Shown: positions 38,076-52,159 of the stretch, piece after piece
Layout: every line of letters starts with the position of its first letter
Numbering within the stretch: position 1 is the first letter of the stretch
Translations under genes and position numbers: made by a program
The notes under the pieces: model-generated
What the model was told of the DNA's origin: nothing
Seen by the model: only the letters and a program-made list of their open reading frames with translations
Database searches by the model: none
Source: Octopus sinensis
Taxonomy: Eukaryota
Assembly: GCF_006345805.1 (NCBI RefSeq)
Contig: NC_043000.1
Coordinates: 29,388,001-29,452,000, forward strand
Direction of reading: 5' to 3'
Length of the DNA stretch: 64,000 nucleotides

Positions 38076-38476
38076 ACATCTGGATGCGTGTAAGTTCATT
38101 TTTGATAACATGCTCATGTATTATTTATAAAAAGAAACAGAAAGAAAAAAGGAAACTGTTCGTATAATACATATATTAGAAGCAGCGCTACGGATGTGTC
38201 AGCATACGCAAGCTTTGAGACATTGCCACCCTTACGCACTTCTCATAAGGAATTCTGGAAGGAACTTCGTGAGACCACTGCAGAAACGCTTCCGAAAAAA
38301 AAAACCGTTGGAAAACGATTATAGCAGTGACTCGTTCAATTTCTAGGGATATCTGAAGAAGGAATTTTTATATTCCGAAATATATCAGACTATGGTTGAT
38401 TGAATTATAACAGTTATTATAGTCCATTGTTATTATTATAGTGCATTGTTGTGCCATTGAAGGCACATTATATATA

Positions 38477-38521
<45 letters not shown>

Positions 38522-38526
38522 ATATA

Positions 38527-38559
<33 letters not shown>

Positions 38560-38565
<6 letters not shown>

Positions 38566-38650
38566 ATATCCAAGGTCTCACGCAGTGGGACTGAACCCGG
38601 ACCCATATGGTTGGTAAGCAAGCTACTTACCATACAGCCACTCCTACGCC
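38560..38650 (-). mobile_element. SINE family A head fragment
   Basis: cgcagtgggactgaacccggacccatatgg...cagccactcctacgcc. Confidence 0.8.
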
Positions 38651-38706
38651 TACGAATATACGTATATACATGCCTCTGTGTGTATATATACGTATATACA
38701 TGCCTC

Positions 38707-38745
<39 letters not shown>

Positions 38746-40084
38746 ATCACGCACCATATTACAATCAAGCACCCGCCGCTAACGGCTTTTCCCAACAAAT
38801 AGAATACATCCATAACACCAAGTTCAAACAATATATATCTCAAATCACATCTCAAACACGCATCAACCATCACAATCGCAACCAACCACACACACTCTTC
38901 AATGGAACCCTAGAAGGTCTTACACCTAAACAACCTAGATCCCCCCCACATTCATTTAACACTAGGTCAAAAACTAAAGCAACTAAAACAGCTAACAACA
39001 ACAGGCCTCGCTACCTACATACTGTTACGGAATCACCCGTCGCCGCTCGCCCGAACGGGCAAGTTCGCCACGGAACCCAAGGAGGAGAGAGGAGAGACAG
39101 ACAACGACAACAACCGCAGCAGCACAGAGAGATACAGAGGCAACCGAGAGAGACACAAAACGGCAAGGCAACAACTGGCTTACATTTAACAACTAGTTTA
39201 TGACAATCAATGGTTACAACATCAAAGCATTTAAACATGCAAGTAACAGAATCAACAAATCAATACAGGTATACAACAGATCAAAGCATTTAAAGTTGCA
39301 GATACAATATAACCGTCCGGTAACGACACAACAAGGTCAATATATCAGCATTTCAAAGGTACACGTCCGAAGACACAGTTCTATTTCAAAATACATCACA
39401 GATAACGTTCACAGTTCTTTAAAGTCTTTTTTTCTTTTACAGTCTCTTTACATCGTAGCACGTATCAATACAATTAAATACCTTAATTCCTAATTAGAAT
39501 TGCCAGTGTCCCATATTGTAGTTTATCTCTCTCCGTCGCCTATTCCTCTGTATATATCCCTTTCTGTCCTGCTAGCTCCAACCTGCCAAGCTCTCGCATC
39601 CCAACCGCCTGTCCTGACTTCCAAAATCCGACTACTAAAATTCCAACTGCTCTCTTTGACGACCGAATACCAACTGCCCCTCTATCACTACCCCTCCATC
39701 TGTCTCTACTGCTTATACCCTCTCTATCTGCTCTCAGCCCTAACTGCCTATCTCTATCGCGCTGCTGCTGTCATTCTCTCATGACAGCTCTCAGATCCCT
39801 TACTTTATCTTTCTCACTACTGCTAGATTCTTCCTCTTCTTCGGCCCTCACATCTCTCTGACCCCCAATCGACCGCACAAGGCCAAAAGGTCCCTCCAAA
39901 AAGCCATTACTCTTCCAGTAAACAAAGGGCTGTTGCTTTTCTTCCAGACGTGCCGGCGCCACTCCCAAAAGTGGGTCAAGAAATACTGCACTAGCCAAAC
40001 CATAACAATACATTCTCCAAAAATATAGATAGCACTCCTTTATCTAAAAACTTCGATAGCACTACTCTCAGACACCCTAAAAAA

Positions 40085-40300
40085 GCGGTGGACGCTCTAT
40101 TCTGTGGTACACACCTCCATTCTCACTTAACGTTTAGAACTTAGCTAAATCATTCTTTAAAATACTAGACTAACTTCTCTCGGCAACATAAATATCATTC
40201 TATCTTTAATCGATCTACCCTCAAACTATCTTATTCTACCCCACCCAACTTCGAATCTATTCTAGCAGCCTCTAATAAGCAAAAGCTTTCTCTTTACTAT
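40085..40300 (+). mobile_element. Penelope-like ORF fragment (post-RT linker)
   Basis: ILWYTPPFSLNV..LAKSFFKILD / HKYHSIFNRSTLKLSYSTPPNFESIL, with stops and a frameshift. Confidence 0.75.
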
Positions 40301-40329
40301 CAAAACTCACATAAGTTGGGTTAAAAGCT

Positions 40330-41120
40330 CATCTGCTTACAAAGATCTACATATATGAAGAAATTCTGATGGGTAACATATCTTTGGAAAACTGAGAAGG
40401 GAAAATCATCCTCTCCCCTGCTTGGTGCCGCTGATCTCTCGCCAGCCTTAAATGACTCGAAAAGATGGAGCAAAGAGGAAAACCCATCCTGCATGCAGCG
40501 TGGAGCAACTCTTTGCACCCCGAACTGCATTTTCACCGGATGCATTAGGGTACTAGAAGACGGTCAATACATGTGGAATCATGACTAGGTCCTTGCAGAA
40601 ATCGCCAAGTGGACAGACCTACAACGGGTTAAGGCTAACAATCAGCCACAATGACCAGCCAAGTGCATCAAGTTACCAAGGGAAAGTGACAATGCCCCCA
40701 CGACAAAAGTAACAGTTGTAATCCGGTTTCTGTTTTGCATCCAGCCATAAACTGAGAAATGCAAGTGGATCTGAAGAGCCGACTCGTCTTTTCAAAGGAG
40801 GTAACAGTTGAATCTCTCCGACCAGACATGTTTCTTATTTCTTTATTTCCCACAAGGGGCTAAACATAGAGGGAACAAACAATGACAGACAAACGGATTA
40901 AGTCGATTATATCGACCCCCAGTGCGTAACTGGTACTTAATTTATCGACCCCGAAAGGATGAAAGGCAAAGTCGACCTCGGTAGAATTTGAACTCAGAAC
41001 GTAACGGCAGACGAAATACCGCTAAGCATTTCACATGGTGTGCTAACGTTTCTGCCAGTTCGCCGTCTTATGTTTCTGCTCTCCAAGAGAGCCAAAAAAC
41101 CAATTATTGTGGTTGAACTT
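40330..41120 (+). mobile_element. HERO-like restriction-endonuclease non-LTR element fragment, split by a SINE
   Basis: RW..EENPSC...IFTGC..LEDGQYMWNHD*VL; W.MQVDL..LVF......LRPD | MFLLS..K.PIIVVELS. Confidence 0.75.
40836..41069 (-). mobile_element. SINE family B full copy with 8-bp TSD
   Basis: atgtttct at 40828-40835 and 41070-41077. Confidence 0.92.
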
Positions 41121-41289
41121 TCAATTTGTAAATTCCTCTGTATCTAAAATTACGACGGGATAGTTAATTTTCTCTGCATTATTTGCTTAATTAAATAAAA
41201 TAACTGTAAAATATCAGAGTTGTCTCCCTTGTCTTTCTTGAGAGGATTTAATCATTTACACACTCATTAGTTTCATCATTCTGAGAAGG

Positions 41290-41575
41290 CTTAGTGGTTA
41301 GTGGTAATCGGCTAACAATTGTATGTTCTTGAGCAAGACACTTTATTTCACGTTGCTCCAGTCCACCCAGCTGGCAAAAATGAGTTGTACCTGTAATTAC
41401 AAAGGGCTAGCCTCATCACAGTCGGGGTCACTCTGAATCTTCTTGAGAAATGTGTTAAGGGCATGCGTGTCTGGAGAATGCTCTACCGATTACACGTTAA
41501 TTTCAAGAGCATGTGCTTCCGTTGATCGGATCAACTGCAACATTTGTCGCCGTAACCGACAGAGTATCAGATTTT
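41290..41575 (+). mobile_element. tRNA/CORE-like SINE: head C + tail C
   Basis: gttcttgagcaagacactttatttcacgttgctcc...ccgttgatcggatcaactg. Confidence 0.78.
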
Positions 41576-41804
41576 TCTTCTCGCCATTAACAGTATAACT
41601 TAAATGAATTACAATTACAATTTCTTGCCGCAATATAGTGAATACATTAGCGACGCAATTACTGTTAAGGTTTAATGCTGCTGGCGTGTATGAGTATTAT
41701 AACTACTCTCGTCACCTATTTAAGAAAAATATCGTACTGGAGTTAATGGAAGTCTTGCTAGTAAAGTGTCGATACAGATAGATATATTTCATATGCAAAA
41801 ATCT

Positions 41805-41959
41805 GCGCAGGAGTGGCTGTGTGGTAAGTAGCTTGCTAACCAACCACATGGTTCCGGGTTCAGTCCCACTGCGTGGCATCTTGGGCAAGTGTCTTCTGCT
41901 ATAGCCCCTTGTGAGTGGATTTGGTATACGGAAACTGAAAGAAGCCTGTCGTATATATG

Positions 41960-41990
<31 letters not shown>

Positions 41991-42200
41991 TTGTGTGTCT
42001 GTGTTTGTCCCCCTAGCATTGCTTGACAACCGATGCTGGTGTGTTTACGTCCCCGTTACTTAGCGGTTCGGCAAAAGACCCCGATAGAATAAGTACTGGG
42101 CTTACAAAAAGAATAAGTCCCGGGGTCGATTTGATGGACTAAAGGCGGTGCTCCAGCATGGCCACAGTCAAATGACTGAAACAAGTAAAAGAGTAAAGAA
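41805..42200 (+). mobile_element. SINE family A full-length copy (tRNA/CORE-like monomer + microsatellite + second monomer)
   Basis: Best-preserved copy; used as reference for the others. Confidence 0.92.
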
Positions 42201-42547
42201 AGAGAGAGTATGATAAAGAAGTTGCTGCTGCCGATGCTGGTAATATTGTTGTTGGTGTTGATGATGAAGATGTTATTGCAGATGATGGTAGTGGTGGTGA
42301 TGATGGTGATGATGATGTTGGTGGCTAATGATATCGATAAAGATAGTGATGATGAATATGATGATAAGATGTTGCTGCCGTTGATTGATGCTGAAAACGA
42401 TGAAAATCGCTTTATTTCTCATATCAAAAAGACCAACAGAAATATATAAGAGTAATGTCCATAGAACGGAAACAAACACATTCATACATGCATGCACACA
42501 TACATACGTACATACATACATACATACATACATACATACATACATAC

Positions 42548-42592
<45 letters not shown>

Positions 42593-43038
42593 ATACTTAT
42601 ATTATACATACATAAATATATATAAATGGAGGAAAGACATAAGATTAAATAGAACGAAAGTCATACAAAATATAAACGTCATAAATAATATATACACACA
42701 CACACACACACACATATATATGTATATACAGATAAAAGCACACGTACGCACACGCTTAGTATGTTCATTCGTAGATGGCAATTTATTCAACGCCTTCGCC
42801 GCCGCCATTCTTTTCGTTGTGTTTATTTGACATAGAAAAAAATGTCTATTAATAGAGGAATGCAAAATGAATTAAGGAAAGTGTTTTTATTGTATTGCAA
42901 ACATAGAATGGGGAAATATATTTATTACATTAATTTGGCTGTGACAAATTTGAACACAGATAATATAAATGTTCACGATAAAAAGGTTTCTACTTCCTGA
43001 CGGTAGAATGACATTATACATACATACATATATATATA

Positions 43039-43078
<40 letters not shown>

Positions 43079-43082
43079 GCAC

Positions 43083-43115
<33 letters not shown>

Positions 43116-43172
43116 TGTATATAAATAAAAGAATATATGTATGTACAGTAATATATGTATATCTATGTATGT

Positions 43173-43203
<31 letters not shown>

Positions 43204-43289
43204 CGCATATATATATCTGTGTGTGTATGTATTTATTTTATGTATGTATGTATGTACGTCCGTATGTATGTATATGTCTGCGTATGTAG

Positions 43290-43425
43290 ACAGAATGAGT
43301 AACAACAAAAGGAAAGAAAAACAACTGAGGGAACGAAAAGTTTTGACAAATGTATAAGTTTAACGCTTAAAAGAAGAAAAAGTCTGAACGTTTCGAACGC
43401 AAATACTTCACCAGAAGAAAAGTAT
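43290..43425 (-). mobile_element. Decayed family F2-like hammerhead element
   Basis: Minus strand ctggtgaag...ttcgaaacgttcagact...aagcgtt; core A6 mutated, stem II disrupted. Confidence 0.45.
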
Positions 43426-43502
43426 GAAAAAAAGCCAATTGTAACTGCGAAAGAGGAAAAGCGTTTGAGAAAATTTGCCGACTAGTTAAGACTAGGTACA
43501 TT

Positions 43503-43954
<452 letters not shown>

Positions 43955-43956
<2 letters not shown>

Positions 43957-44777
43957 CGCAAAAGAAATAGACAAAGAAAAATCCCAGCAATGGTTGAGAA
44001 GCTCAGGACTCAAAGCAGAAACAGAGGGATTTTTAATTGCAACACAAGACCAAAGCCTCCCCACCAGAAATTACCAAAAACATGTAATGAAAAGAAATAT
44101 TACAAGTAACTGCAGAATATGTGGAGATGGACAAGAAACAATAAATCATATTATCTCTAGCTGCCCAGTCCTGGCTAAGAAGGAATATATTCACAGACAT
44201 GACAGAGTTGAAACCTACATACATTGGAAGCTATGCCAACATTATGGAATAACAACAGAAAAAAGATGGTATAGGCACACACCAGAAAAGGTCACAGAAA
44301 ACGAGAAAGCAACCATACTCTGGGATATGCCGATACACACAGATAGAGAAATTAAGGTCAACAGACCAGATATAGTTGTCAGAGATCATGAAGAAAAAAA
44401 ATGCTTTCTAATTGATGTATCAATACCGGCAGATGACAACGTGTCTCTAAAAGAAATGGAGAAACTCTCAAAATACAAAGACCTGGAAATAGAGATAACT
44501 AGAATGTGGAACCTGAAAACAGAAACAATTCCTATCATAGTAGGTGCATTAGGCATGATAAAAAAATATTCAGACAAATACATAACAAAAACACCAGGAC
44601 TTACACACACATATAACATACAGAAAATTGCACTACTAGGCACTGCACACATCCTACGCAGAACACTTTCCATACAATAACCATCAGAGCATCACAACAA
44701 ATCACAGCACATACCCAAGGCACACAGAGCTGCGCTCGGTAGTGAAGTGAAAGCACGCTATAAAAATAAAACTACTG
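43955..44777 (+). mobile_element. R4/Dong-clade non-LTR retrotransposon, 5'-truncated, in (TAA)n
   Basis: Uninterrupted frame 43955-44680: ETEGFLIATQDQ, CRICG..ETINHIISSC knuckle, RHD, RPDIV..KKCFLIDVSIP..K..KYKDL; (TAA)n on both sides. Confidence 0.95.
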
Positions 44778-45399
44778 AATAATAATAATAATAATAATAA
44801 CAATATACTTGTGTTACCATCGTAAAAACCCTCAGTCGAAGTCACACAACCAGTCTACTTTAAGCATTAAGTTAGATTTTCGTTAGATTCATTTTAAGCC
44901 CATGTATCTCGTATATATTTCTGTACAAATTTTGTATTTCCGAAATGTATACTTATTTATACACATTCATATGGGAAACAATTCTTTTAACCTCAGACTG
45001 TTCCAGTTCTTTCTCGAACAACTAACCACCACCAGACGAATTAAACACTGTGTGTTACTAGCCAATCAAACAAACTGCTGCATATTCACCTACCTCGGGC
45101 CCACCTGTTTGTTACCAGCAGCTTAGCCGAATTTATAAGGCAAATGTTACTGTCCTTTTAGCATAACAATAATTAACAACAGAAGTCCTGTTTTCTTTTA
45201 GCCCCTCCCTACCCTTCCCTCACATATATCTTTTTTTCAGCTGTCGGTCCGTCGGCGACTAAACTGGCCACCCCACAGAGCTTACTTTGCAGAAAGAGAC
45301 ACTTTGAGACCTCTGCCAACAGGCTGTTGTCCGCTCTCGCAGTATCAGACAAAGCAAAAGAGACCGAGCGCTCTGTGAAGTAAAACAATAATAATAATA

Positions 45400-45530
45400 T
45401 TCTTTTCTACTCTAGGCACAAAGCCCGAAATTTTGGGGGAGGGTACCAGTCGATTAGATCGACCCCAGTACGTATCTCGTACCTAATTTATCAACCCCCG
45501 AAAGGATGAAAGGCAAAAAATCGACCGCGA
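45400..45530 (-). mobile_element. SINE family B partial copy, older tail
   Basis: ggcacaaagcccgaaattttggggg...aaaggatgaaaggc. Confidence 0.8.
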
Positions 45531-45984
45531 TAATAATAATAATAATAATAATAATATTATCAATAATAATAATATTAAAAATAATAATATAAATAATAAT
45601 GATAATACTGGTAATGTCATATAAGTCGTATAACATACACACCTCACATAATACATAACACGTACAGGCATAGCATAACACATAGATATGATTTACATAA
45701 CAATTACATAATACATAGATAATGCATAATGTAACACACGTAGATGAAAGTATCGATACATCAGTATTACCGAAAAATCAATCAATTTAGAAAACTGTTA
45801 ACGGAATTCTTCATGTAAAACAATTTCAGGTGCAAAAAAGAAATACCATCAGCTGATTAGAAAGCATTGATATACAAATGCCAATGAGGGGAACCTGGAT
45901 CTTGATTGCTTGGCCTGATAGGAAAAGCAGCCTAGTCTCCCTCCAGCCACACTATACTGTTTTAAATAGATTGGCATTCTTTGA

Positions 45985-46330
45985 TCTCTTATCCTTTACT
46001 TGTTTCAGTCATTAGACTACGGCCATGCTGGGGCACCGCCTTGGATTTTTAGTTGAATGAATCGACCCAAGTACTTAACTTTTTCTGAAGCCTGGTAATT
46101 ATTCTATCGGTGTCTTTTGCCGAACCGTTATGTTACGGGGGGGGGACATAAACACCCGAACAGTGGTTGTCAAGTGGTGGTCGTGGGACAAGCACATATA
46201 CAAAAACACACACACACACGATGGGCTTCTTTCAGTTTCCTTCTACAGTTTCCTTGGTCGGCCCGATGGGGAGGCAGAAGACGCTCAAAAGGGTTGGGAA
46301 ACAAACATCTTACCACACAGCAATGCCTGT
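45985..46330 (-). mobile_element. SINE family A, head partly deleted
   Basis: Tail cttgtttcagtcattagactacggccatgctgg; head remnant tcttaccacacagc. Confidence 0.8.
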
Positions 46331-47744
46331 GCCTATGTTGAACAATGAGTTCCATTTTATAAAGTGGGACGGTCACGACTGAAATGTCTCAGATCATTAA
46401 TTTCATTTCATAAGTTGGCGATAATATACTTGCATTTATATAATATTATGTTTAATGAAGCTGATAATATTAGTAACGACCAATGGATAATTTTTGATTG
46501 GTCATTGTTGAGTGACCGATCAACTTTTCTTACAGTGTTGACCGCAGCTGAAAATAAATAAACGAATGTCGAAGACGTTTAGTTAGGTTTTTACCTGGAG
46601 CTAAAAGATACCAGAAAATGATTAATATAAGTGTACATGTCAACAACAACAATACCAAGATTTTTTTTTTTTGCTACCCAGGAATCAAAAAGAATAGGTC
46701 TACGGCAGATCTAGACCTGATGCGAATATAAAAAAACATGGAGATTGAACCGGAAGCGTTTCGTAAATGGTGGTATGGAAGGTGAAGTAAGATAAAAGAA
46801 AACAAAAGTTTACTTCTGAAATTGGCATGTGATGTGTGATGGTTATGCGTCTACGCCAGAGCAGTCAGACGTGTTAATATATCGAGTCGTGGACGCCAAA
46901 CAAATGAAAAAAGTATTGTGATTTGGGAATCGTTCTATAAGTTGAATGATGACACTGAAACTATTAAAGAGATTAGCTTATGGATGAACAACCACTATCT
47001 ATATCAGTTCACACTTTTAGGAATATGACTCCTTAACAAGTGAATAATAGCAAATAACTTTGAAAAAAAATGAATAAAATAAAATAAAATAAAACGAGAT
47101 CAAAATGTCTCTAGATCACTAAGGTACGAACTAAATGCATTATTGGAAAAGAATCGATATCAGCTAAAAACAACACTTTAGAACGGACCAGTTCTGATGT
47201 AAACTAGAAGGTAAGAGGCAAGAAAAGACGAAATATATTTCATCTCTTTATAAGCAGAGAACATAAAAGCATTACGAGTTTGAATAAAAGCATTAGAGCT
47301 GACTAAAGCCATTTTCTACATGGTTAATGGTAAATCCATAACGATATTGAAAGATCAAATGAACACCAGAAGCAATCTTTCAAACAGCCATTTTATCGTG
47401 AACTGGGCGAGAGGTCAGTTAAAAGAAAATATACATAAAGTGTTTTATCAATTGAAGTCTGATGCGATGAGGATGCTGAAAAATATATTTGAGAAAATAA
47501 CAATATGTAATTAATATAAGGGAACTTAAAAGTTTTGATATATCAAACTTCAATTACCTTATTGATTCATTAAACATGAACGAAAGGAACACAAAGAATA
47601 TACAATCAACCAGAGTTGACGCTAAGCCTCGAAAAAAAAAAAAGAGAGAAAAAAAGGAAAATATATCAGAGCAAAAAATCATGAAATATTTAAAGGAAAA
47701 AAACAACAAAACGTAGTGAGAAAAGAACCTTAAAACAATATTTC

Positions 47745-48185
47745 TTTCTTCGATAAGCACAGCGCCTGAAATTTTCGGGAGTTGGGTAGTCGATTACATC
47801 GACCCCAGTGCTCAACTGGTACTTATTTTATCGACTCCGAAAGGATGAGAGGTAAAGTCGACTTCGGCGGAATTTCAACTCAGAACATGAAGACAGGCGA
47901 AATGCCGCTAAGCATTTTTTGTACAGCGTGCTAACGGTTCTGCCAGCGAACCGCCTTAAATGCAATAAATATTGGCTTCAAATTTTGGCACAAGGCCAGC
48001 AAGTTTAGAAGAAGGAGTAAGTCGATTACATTGAGCTCAGTACTTGACTAGAACTTATTTTATCGAATCAAAAAGGATGAAAGGCAAAATCGACCTCGGT
48101 GGAATTTGAACTTAAAACGCAAAGATGGGTGAAATGCCGCTAAGCATTTTGCCCTGCATACTAGCAATTCTGTCAGATCGCCGCT
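47745..48185 (-). mobile_element. Two adjacent older-tail family B SINEs
   Basis: 47745-47960 and 47975-48185 both carry the core. Confidence 0.82.
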
Positions 48186-48309
48186 TTACTTATGACACTA
48201 AGGGAAGTAATTTCATCTTATTATTTGTAATGTTGATCGATGGAATGAAATAGGTATGACTGTGTGGTAAAGTAGTTCGCTTGACAAACTTGTGGTTTCA
48301 GGTTCAGTC

Positions 48310-48520
48310 CCTGCTTTAAACTCCACCACTCAGTTACTCTGAACTACTCGTCTCTTCACCTTTCGCCGCCCTTATTGAATCCAACTTCCTCTTTTCTTCA
48401 CGCATTAACTATCTCTAACTCTTCTTCCCCAGAACATCGGTCCTCAGGAATCTTTTCTCTGCTCAGATCTTTCCAGCAGGTGTTCACCGGCAAAAGTTCA
48501 AAGGGAACATTAACTGAACA
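48310..48520 (+). mobile_element. CR1/L2-group LINE extreme 3' ORF remnant
   Basis: FFPRTSVLRNLFSAQIFPAGVHRQKFKGNIN* resembles FFPRT..LWN.LP..VFP.....FK..N. Confidence 0.5.
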
Positions 48521-49224
48521 TTCTCACCAATGTCGGATAGCGCACAAGGTTCATGGGTTCCGCCCCTTCCTCCTATTTTGGCATCCATGAATTTGGATAC
48601 AGTATAATTCAGTGAGCTTACCTGAAAATCACTAGGCTTAAGTTAATTCAAAATCGTATATTCTCTAGAATTAATCAAATGCCATCCCATCATACCTCTG
48701 TACGCAATCCAACAATCTACTAAATGTCACCAATCAGGTATCAAGAAGCATCATTAATCGAATAAGTGCGTTATTATACCCCCTTGTACTCAGAGTACTG
48801 TACAATACGGGGTTCATGGTACTGTCATGAGACACAGTCGTGTTGCGGATACTCGAAGGAATATATGGTACTTAGCCATACAATAGGTGTAGGAGTGGCT
48901 GTGTTGTAAGTCGCAAGAAAATTGCTGGGGGAGGAATTGTACAGGTATATAGCTTCCAATTTGAGTATAAATTATGTTTTGTATTTGTGTGGACCTTTGA
49001 GTCCAAATATATTGTATTTTAAATTGTAAGAGGGTTCAATACCTCTGTATATGTGTTTTTAAAGAACAATGTTTTAGAGAAGCAGAGGGTCGGCGGGCGC
49101 TTTCTGTTTTCTCCCATCCTTATCATCCTGTATTATTATCATTTGCCTTATCAATGTCTTGTCCAGCCTGCTAAGCTACCCATCTCTGTACTGCTTCTAT
49201 GGCAAATTAAATGAATAAATGAAT

Positions 49225-49379
49225 AGAAGTAGCTTGCTTACCGACCACATGGTTCCGAGTTCATTCCCACTGCATGGCACATTGGGTAAGTGTCTTTTAC
49301 TATAGTCTCAGGCCAACCAAAGACTTGTGAGTGGATTTGGTAGACGGAAACTGAAAGAAGCCTGTGGTATATATGTATA

Positions 49380-49415
<36 letters not shown>

Positions 49416-49670
49416 TGTATGTATGTATGTATGTATGTATGTATGTATGTATGTGTGTATATATGTTCGTGTGTCTGTGTTTGTCCCCCCAACATCACTT
49501 GACAGCCGATGCTGGTGTGTTTACCTCCCCGTAACTCAGCGATTCGGCAAAACAGACCGATAGAATAAGTACTAGGTTTACTAAGAATAAGTCCTGGGGT
49601 CGATTTTCTCGACTAAAAGTGGTGTTCCAGCATGGCCACAGTCAAATGACTGAAACAAGTAAAAGAGTAC
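49225..49670 (+). mobile_element. SINE family A near-full copy with (TATG)n core
   Basis: Matches 41805-42200. Confidence 0.9.
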
Positions 49671-50129
49671 AATATAGCAGCCACTCTGAAAAGTACTAGA
49701 AATATATTTTATATCGTACATCCTACCATAAAACATTATTTTTGTATGGCGTGTTAACCTAACATATAATTCTTAAACGGCCATATATTCCGAACATTAT
49801 TCCACAGAAGTAACGTTAAAATAAACTACAGCTGCATACAGCCATATTTGCATACAAAATGTACAGTGAAATGACCCGGCGTATAATTGCTGAAAAAGAG
49901 ACGTTTGCTCGCTAACACAAAATAGGTTAGAGAAAAAATTGTGTACATTATGGTGTTACTACCAGTAATACATCTTCAAACTTCATAGTCTTATCAGAGC
50001 CGGAATTCTATCAAAAGTTTCCGACAGCGGCACAAACTCTGGGTCCATCTTCGTCACATGGAAAAGACATTTGATTATTCGAATCAGAATTCACAATGCA
50101 GACAGAACAAACCAGGCCATAATCATGTA

Positions 50130-50270
50130 AGAACGAGCTACAGGAATTTAAGAATGTATGGAAATGTGGCGACCAATCAATGCCTAACAGAAGACAAGAA
50201 ACCCTCGAGTTATGCTATTCCTATTCTAAGAAAAGGAAAAGAAACAACAGCCATACAAACAAAAGATTGA
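50130..50270 (+). mobile_element. Possible degraded LINE reverse transcriptase start
   Basis: SYAIPILRKGKETT resembles IIPIxKxGK. Confidence 0.3.
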
Positions 50271-50840
50271 TCAAAATTTGGATTTACCAATATATGGACA
50301 AATTCTTTTTCAATAACTTCAAAACTGTATTCAACGTCGCCTGACAAACAGCCAACCAGCTACGTTGCCTACACTGCCTGCAACCATTCCGTTTCTTTCA
50401 TTTTTAATCTGCCGACATGTACCGTCGATCAACACGTACACATCTAAACAAGCGCGCGCATACCCACACGCACACACACACATGCACACACACACACACA
50501 TGCACACACACACACACACACACACGTTTTCAAATATAAACCTACGTAAATTCATTGACTTATGTTAAGCAACAATATATATGTTTGCATGTATGTATGT
50601 ATGTATGTATGTATGTATGTATGCATGTATCTATCTATCTATCTATCTATCTATTATATATATGTATATATATATATATATATATAATATATCTATATAT
50701 ATGCGCGCGTGTGTATATCTATACACACACACACATATTAAATAACTATATATAATATTTATATATATATATAATATATATATTGATATCTGTATGTATC
50801 AGTTTATAAGTATATACACTATATGTATATGCATATGTGT

Positions 50841-50871
<31 letters not shown>

Positions 50872-51032
50872 CATACATACATACATACATACACATATTC
50901 ATACACACACACGTATACACATACATGCTCGATGCAAGTATTTATTCTATGGCGGAACGTAGTAGTAAGTTATAAAAACAATATATACATTATATTACAT
51001 TTATTGCGTTCAATCAGGATGCGGCAAGGCGT

Positions 51033-51081
51033 CTATAAATATATCTGCATATATCCAAGTCCTGCTGGTATCTCATAGCAT
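51033..51081 (-). CDS. Candidate terminal exon (minus strand)
   Basis: Branch-like CTAAC, pyrimidine tract, AG; open to a stop in two frames; AATAAA at 51005-51000. Confidence 0.2.
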
Positions 51082-51322
51082 CTTCAATACAAGGAGAATA
51101 AAAATGCCGGTTAGAGAAGATTGAAGAATGCAAAATGGTCTTGGAAAAAAAGGACAGAAATGGAAAATTAATGCAGCAAATATACGGAAAATATTTCTTT
51201 TCCTGTTTGTTTCCTTTTTTTTTTTTAGTTTTCGTTGCTTTACGTTTTGCGTTTCTAAGTTTGTGAGTCAGAATTGTATTAATTGGAAATATGATATGAC
51301 CAAGAAGATAGTCTTACTTCTA

Positions 51323-51363
<41 letters not shown>

Positions 51364-51383
51364 TGTGTGTGTCTGTATATATA

Positions 51384-51418
<35 letters not shown>

Positions 51419-51538
51419 ATATATATATAAATATATATGATATATATAAGATATATAAATATAAGGCGCAGGTGTGGCTGTGTGGTAAGTATTAATTGGA
51501 AATATGATATGACCAAGAAGATAGTCTTACTTCTAAAT

Positions 51539-51576
<38 letters not shown>

Positions 51577-51588
51577 TATATATATAGT

Positions 51589-51645
<57 letters not shown>

Positions 51646-51995
51646 GCATGTGTGTGTCTGTATATATATATATATATTTTTCACAGCGGGGGGTTTCCTT
51701 GACAAGGCAGGCTTAGATGAACAACACACACATAAAACATAATATATAATATTTTTTTTTTTCTTTCTGCCACCCAACGGTTATCACTGCAGTAGCCACT
51801 GACAGCCGAACGATCAAACGCACACACGTACACAAAAATGTTTTCTACCACCCCACCCAACACACACATATATAGAACATATACACACACACACGTCTCT
51901 AGTAGATTTTTTCTCGCCCCTTATAAAACATCCAATATTCCTTAAATAGTCAGAACTTTATGCTCGGTCACAAAGAACATCTATACAACCCTCAC

Positions 51996-52159
51996 CCACA
52001 TGATTGACCGATGCCTGACCCGTTGAATTCTTCAGCACCGGTTCTCAACATACACTGATAAACAGTTTCGCCATGGGCTCTTAGGAGCATAGTTCGATTT
52101 GCTTTTGCTCCGCCTCTGTTCTGTTTTTGTTTTTCCACCACGGATTTCCTTTTTTCTTC
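51996..52159 (-). CDS. Candidate 164-nt internal exon (minus strand), product unknown
   Basis: Acceptor tgtgtcttctctttcag, donor TGG|GTGAGG; single open frame EEKRKSVVEKQKQNRGG...AHGETVYQCMLRTGAEEFNGSGIGQSC. Confidence 0.4.

Noticed and set aside
38347-38390. Hammerhead candidate gatat-CTGAAGA-a-ggaat..attcc-GAAA-tatatc
   Set aside because: Core and stem II are good, but about 3 nt are missing so stem III plus the cleavage triplet cannot coexist with stem I; at best a decayed copy.
39500-40013. Pyrimidine-rich segment with an acidic 80-aa minus-strand ORF
   Set aside because: No diagnostic motif; probably a retroelement remnant but unassignable by eye.
46600-47520. Very old CR1-like LINE
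   Set aside because: Only faint motif echoes with many stops; cannot be supported without alignment.
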